DNA from: Amoebophrya sp. A120 | Taxonomy: Eukaryota; Protista; Dinoflagellata | DNA: 64,000 bases | Assembly (NCBI GenBank): GCA_905178155.1 | Contig: CAJINV010000015.1 | Location: 1,477,400 to 1,541,399 of the forward strand | Reading direction: 5' to 3' | Part shown: in pieces, positions 61,342-64,000 of the stretch | Numbering within the stretch: the first letter of the stretch is position 1 | Layout of the letters: every line of letters begins with the position of its first letter | Made by a program: the position numbers and the translations under genes | The notes under the pieces: generated by a model | Databases searched by the model: none | Told to the model about the DNA's origin: nothing | Seen by the model: only the letters and a program-made list of their open reading frames with translations

Positions 61342-63272
61342 ATGCCTTCCGCCCGTGGCACAGGCGATCCCGCTGTGGTGCGGCAGATGCCTCCACCGCA
61401 GTCAAGTCGCAGCTCGCGCACCCCGATGCCAGAGTCTGCCAGATCGAGCAGGGCAACACCGCGCGTCACGGAGACCGGACCCATGCCAAACGAGTACCAT
61501 GAGGAGGGAATGCACCTCCACGCGGCTCCACCACTGCAAAGGTCCTACTCTTCGGGGGCCATGACGCGCTGCGACCGGCTGCCGACGCACACGATTAAAG
61601 GCATTCCCGGGTACCGAGGCTATCTACCAGGGGTCAAAGCAGAGACGATAGGAGGTAAGTACTACTGTGGTTTCGGGATAATTTTTTCGACGTCTGTGAA
61701 TAGAGTTGCTGTTGGTGAAAAAAACGTGTGCAGTTTTACGGTTTCTTTCAATCATGCAAAGAGCAATACGCACAAGAATAACTTACAACAGAGGGCCTTT
61801 TCAGCAATGTGCTATACGAGTCCCAACACGCTACGAAGAGAAAAGGGCACGCGCAGCAGCACTACCTGCTCGATCGGGACACAGATCGTGCGGTCAGAAA
61901 CCTGGACTACGAGTTATGGAATGTGGACCTGTGACAAAAAAGTCACTTTTAAATAAAAGTTGTGACAAGGGAATGCGTGTTTCGTTTGATGCATGTCATT
62001 CTCGATCATTTTTTGTCATGCAAATGGACTGTGTGACTATGTATGAGTTAGCATTTACTGCTGAACACATGATCGAACTATCTACAACTGCTGCTCCAAA
62101 AGTAAAAACTGCTGCATCCAGCAGTCTGAGTGGCTACTCTCTTCATGCTTGAGTGACTTTTTGGCACAGCTGACCGCCCCTGCATACGATCCGATGCCCG
62201 AAAGATATCCGACCAAAGAAGAGGTAAAGAGAGTTTTTTTATGTGATGAGTGATGTGGTATTGCTATTGGTAGTTCTCTTCTGGTGGTGGATGCAGGTGC
62301 TCGCTATTGGTAGTTCTCTTCTGGTGGTGGATGCAGGTGCTCGCGATGAGATTCACATCAAACAACTATCATGATCAGATATTGAAGAAGCTCGATAATA
62401 AGCGGGGTGACGATGACATGGCAACCGGATGGGTGTTATCAACGAGAAATGTTCTAGCGTACAACCACACTTGTGTATGCGAAAATATAAATTGAATTTG
62501 TACTTGCTGTGCCTCTGTTACGTTAGAAGAAGGTTCTGCATTGAATTGTCGCACCCGTAACAGCACACAACCGACGCGTTGGTGACAGGCTTTTTTGAGA
62601 ACATTTGCATAACATTATAGTGTTTTGCATGAACGCAAACGCTAGGATCTCTCTGCGTGATACTTCCCAACGGCGGGCGACTACCGGGAGAGCCGGGTTT
62701 TGGATAGTCACGAATGCTACTATGAGGAGCCGCCAATGGACAATGTGCTGAAGGCCAAAACAAACATCGTCGGGTATAGTTTCGTTTTTCTTAAGCCAAC
62801 GATCATGCAGATACGAAGGATTTTTAGCGGTAGTTTTTACGCAAAAGGGGGTGACTTGCGTTGTAGGCACGATGATGATAAACCATGACAACGAAGATGG
62901 AGTGGAGCGACGGAACCCATCAAAAGAAAATAATCTCATTTTCAGGTACACCGGTCACATTCCTGGGCGAGCTATCCTTGCAAACTCTCTTTGGACTAGG
63001 TCAAGTAAAAACGATTAGATGGTTTGTCATGTTGTCCTTCAAATGTCCAGCGCAGCGGAGCGTCGAACTGCTACGGTTGTGCTACATTCTCTTCCCCAGG
63101 TGTCAGTCTGTAGTTGATGCAAACTGCTGTGCTGTTTGTGATGCAGGGACCACATCAGAAGCGTCTTCCAATCAAATTTGTTCTCTTGACTGGACCCAAA
63201 GCGATTTCGCTGCCACAGCCGAATCAGAAAACGTCTTTGCGAACACGTGGTCCAGAACAAACATGAATGCGA
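61342..63272 (+). CDS. PGYxGxxP-repeat protein resembling ciliary microtubule inner proteins (FAM166/CIMIP2-like); 3' end not found
   Basis: IPGYRGYLPGVK and spliced NIVGYTGHIPGRAESENVF; mix of GT-AG introns and degenerate introners. Confidence 0.55.
61915..62186. mobile_element. Degenerate introner intron
   Basis: TATG..CTGTG.CAAAAA.GTCAC / GTGACTTTTTGGCACAG..CATA; DR CGAGT/CGATC. Confidence 0.65.
62437..62662. mobile_element. Degenerate introner intron lacking a DR
   Basis: TATCAACGAGA..CTAGCGT / ACGCTAG..TGATA; removing the element plus 5 nt gives frame WV|STAGDYRE. Confidence 0.65.
62973..63214. mobile_element. Degenerate introner intron
   Basis: Weak TIR, DR CGAGC/ACAGC; joins IPGRA|ESENVF. 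Confidence 0.55.
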
Positions 63273-63435
63273 TATCCTGAGTAAAAACGTCCTCATACAT
63301 ACCAGAGTCAAGATGGGAAATGTGCTAGACAAATCAGCCACATTTTGTTGTTCTCGCATGACAAGTTTGTCCTCGTTGTGTACTATCCTGCTTAGCTAGT
63401 TCAGCAGCATCGCAGATCTGGCACGTCATGCTACT
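63273..63435. mobile_element. Left part of a family G introner, interrupted by a GC-rich repeat
   Basis: Similar to 54649-54800; right TIR not in the window. Confidence 0.65.
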
Positions 63436-63439
63436 AGCT

Positions 63440-64000
63440 CGGGGGAAGGAATCTCCAGGAAAAGCAGTGCGGTCGCAGGGGCGGGAGGGGAAGAGAAGAA
63501 CTAGGCGAGGACGGGAAGGAGGGGCGACGGCGCGCGGGGTAGGGCGCGAGGTCGCTCATCGCGGAATCTAAAGCTTGAGCGCGGTACTCCCTTTACTTGG
63601 GCGGTTGGACCTCACTCGCAGAACCCTTCTCGCCACACTTGGCGACTGTGTTGCGAAGGCGCCCCGAGTGCAGTGCTGTCGGGCGCTGGCGAGGGGCCGG
63701 CCTTGTTGCCAATGCCGCTCGCAAGCCGGGCGGCGGGTAGGGCGCGAGGTCGCTCGTCGCGGAATCTCGGGCGCGATGCTCCCTCTACTGGGGCGGACGG
63801 ACCTCACTCGCAAAAGAACGCTCGCTGGGGCGGATGGACCACAGGCGCAAAACACTCACTGGGGCGGATGGACCACACGCGCAAAACATTGGGGCGGATG
63901 GACCACACGCGTGCAACACGGGGGCGGGATCTTGTTTGCTTTGGACTTTCTTGCGGAGGAGCTTGAGGGCGATGCTCCCTTTACTGAGGCGGATGGACCA
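63440..64000. repeat. GC-rich repetitive insert (GGGGCGGATGGACCAC units), running off the window
   Basis: Repeated GGGCGGATGGACC and GGTAGGGCGCGAGGTCGCTC motifs. Confidence 0.6.

Noticed and set aside
62263-62344. 40-bp tandem duplication
   Set aside because: Simple two-copy duplication at an intron/exon edge with no further structure

Overview
This is eukaryotic genomic DNA. Its style matches the parasitic dinoflagellate Amoebophrya (Syndiniales), an inference from intron architecture. All supportable genes are on the + strand. They are broken by about 55 non-canonical introns that look like MITE-type 'introners': mostly 85-370 bp, starting TA and usually ending TA, with imperfect terminal inverted repeats (at least 7 TIR families), a 5-bp direct repeat and a shared internal TGT(C/G/A)ATGC octamer. 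Deleting the element plus exactly 5 nt restored the reading frame at nearly every junction I translated by hand. This reveals an ELMO-domain protein, a secreted GH45 endoglucanase, a secreted GH5 cellulase, a membrane protein with an SHP-box-like tail and a PGY-repeat ciliary-type protein. Also present are two back-to-back introners sharing a triplicated target site, an introner swollen to 3.6 kb by a LINE fragment, and two tandem Helitron-like elements inside a canonical intron. Empty and filled paralogous sites demonstrate insertion, and three captured inserts are flanked by 34-59 bp perfect duplications.
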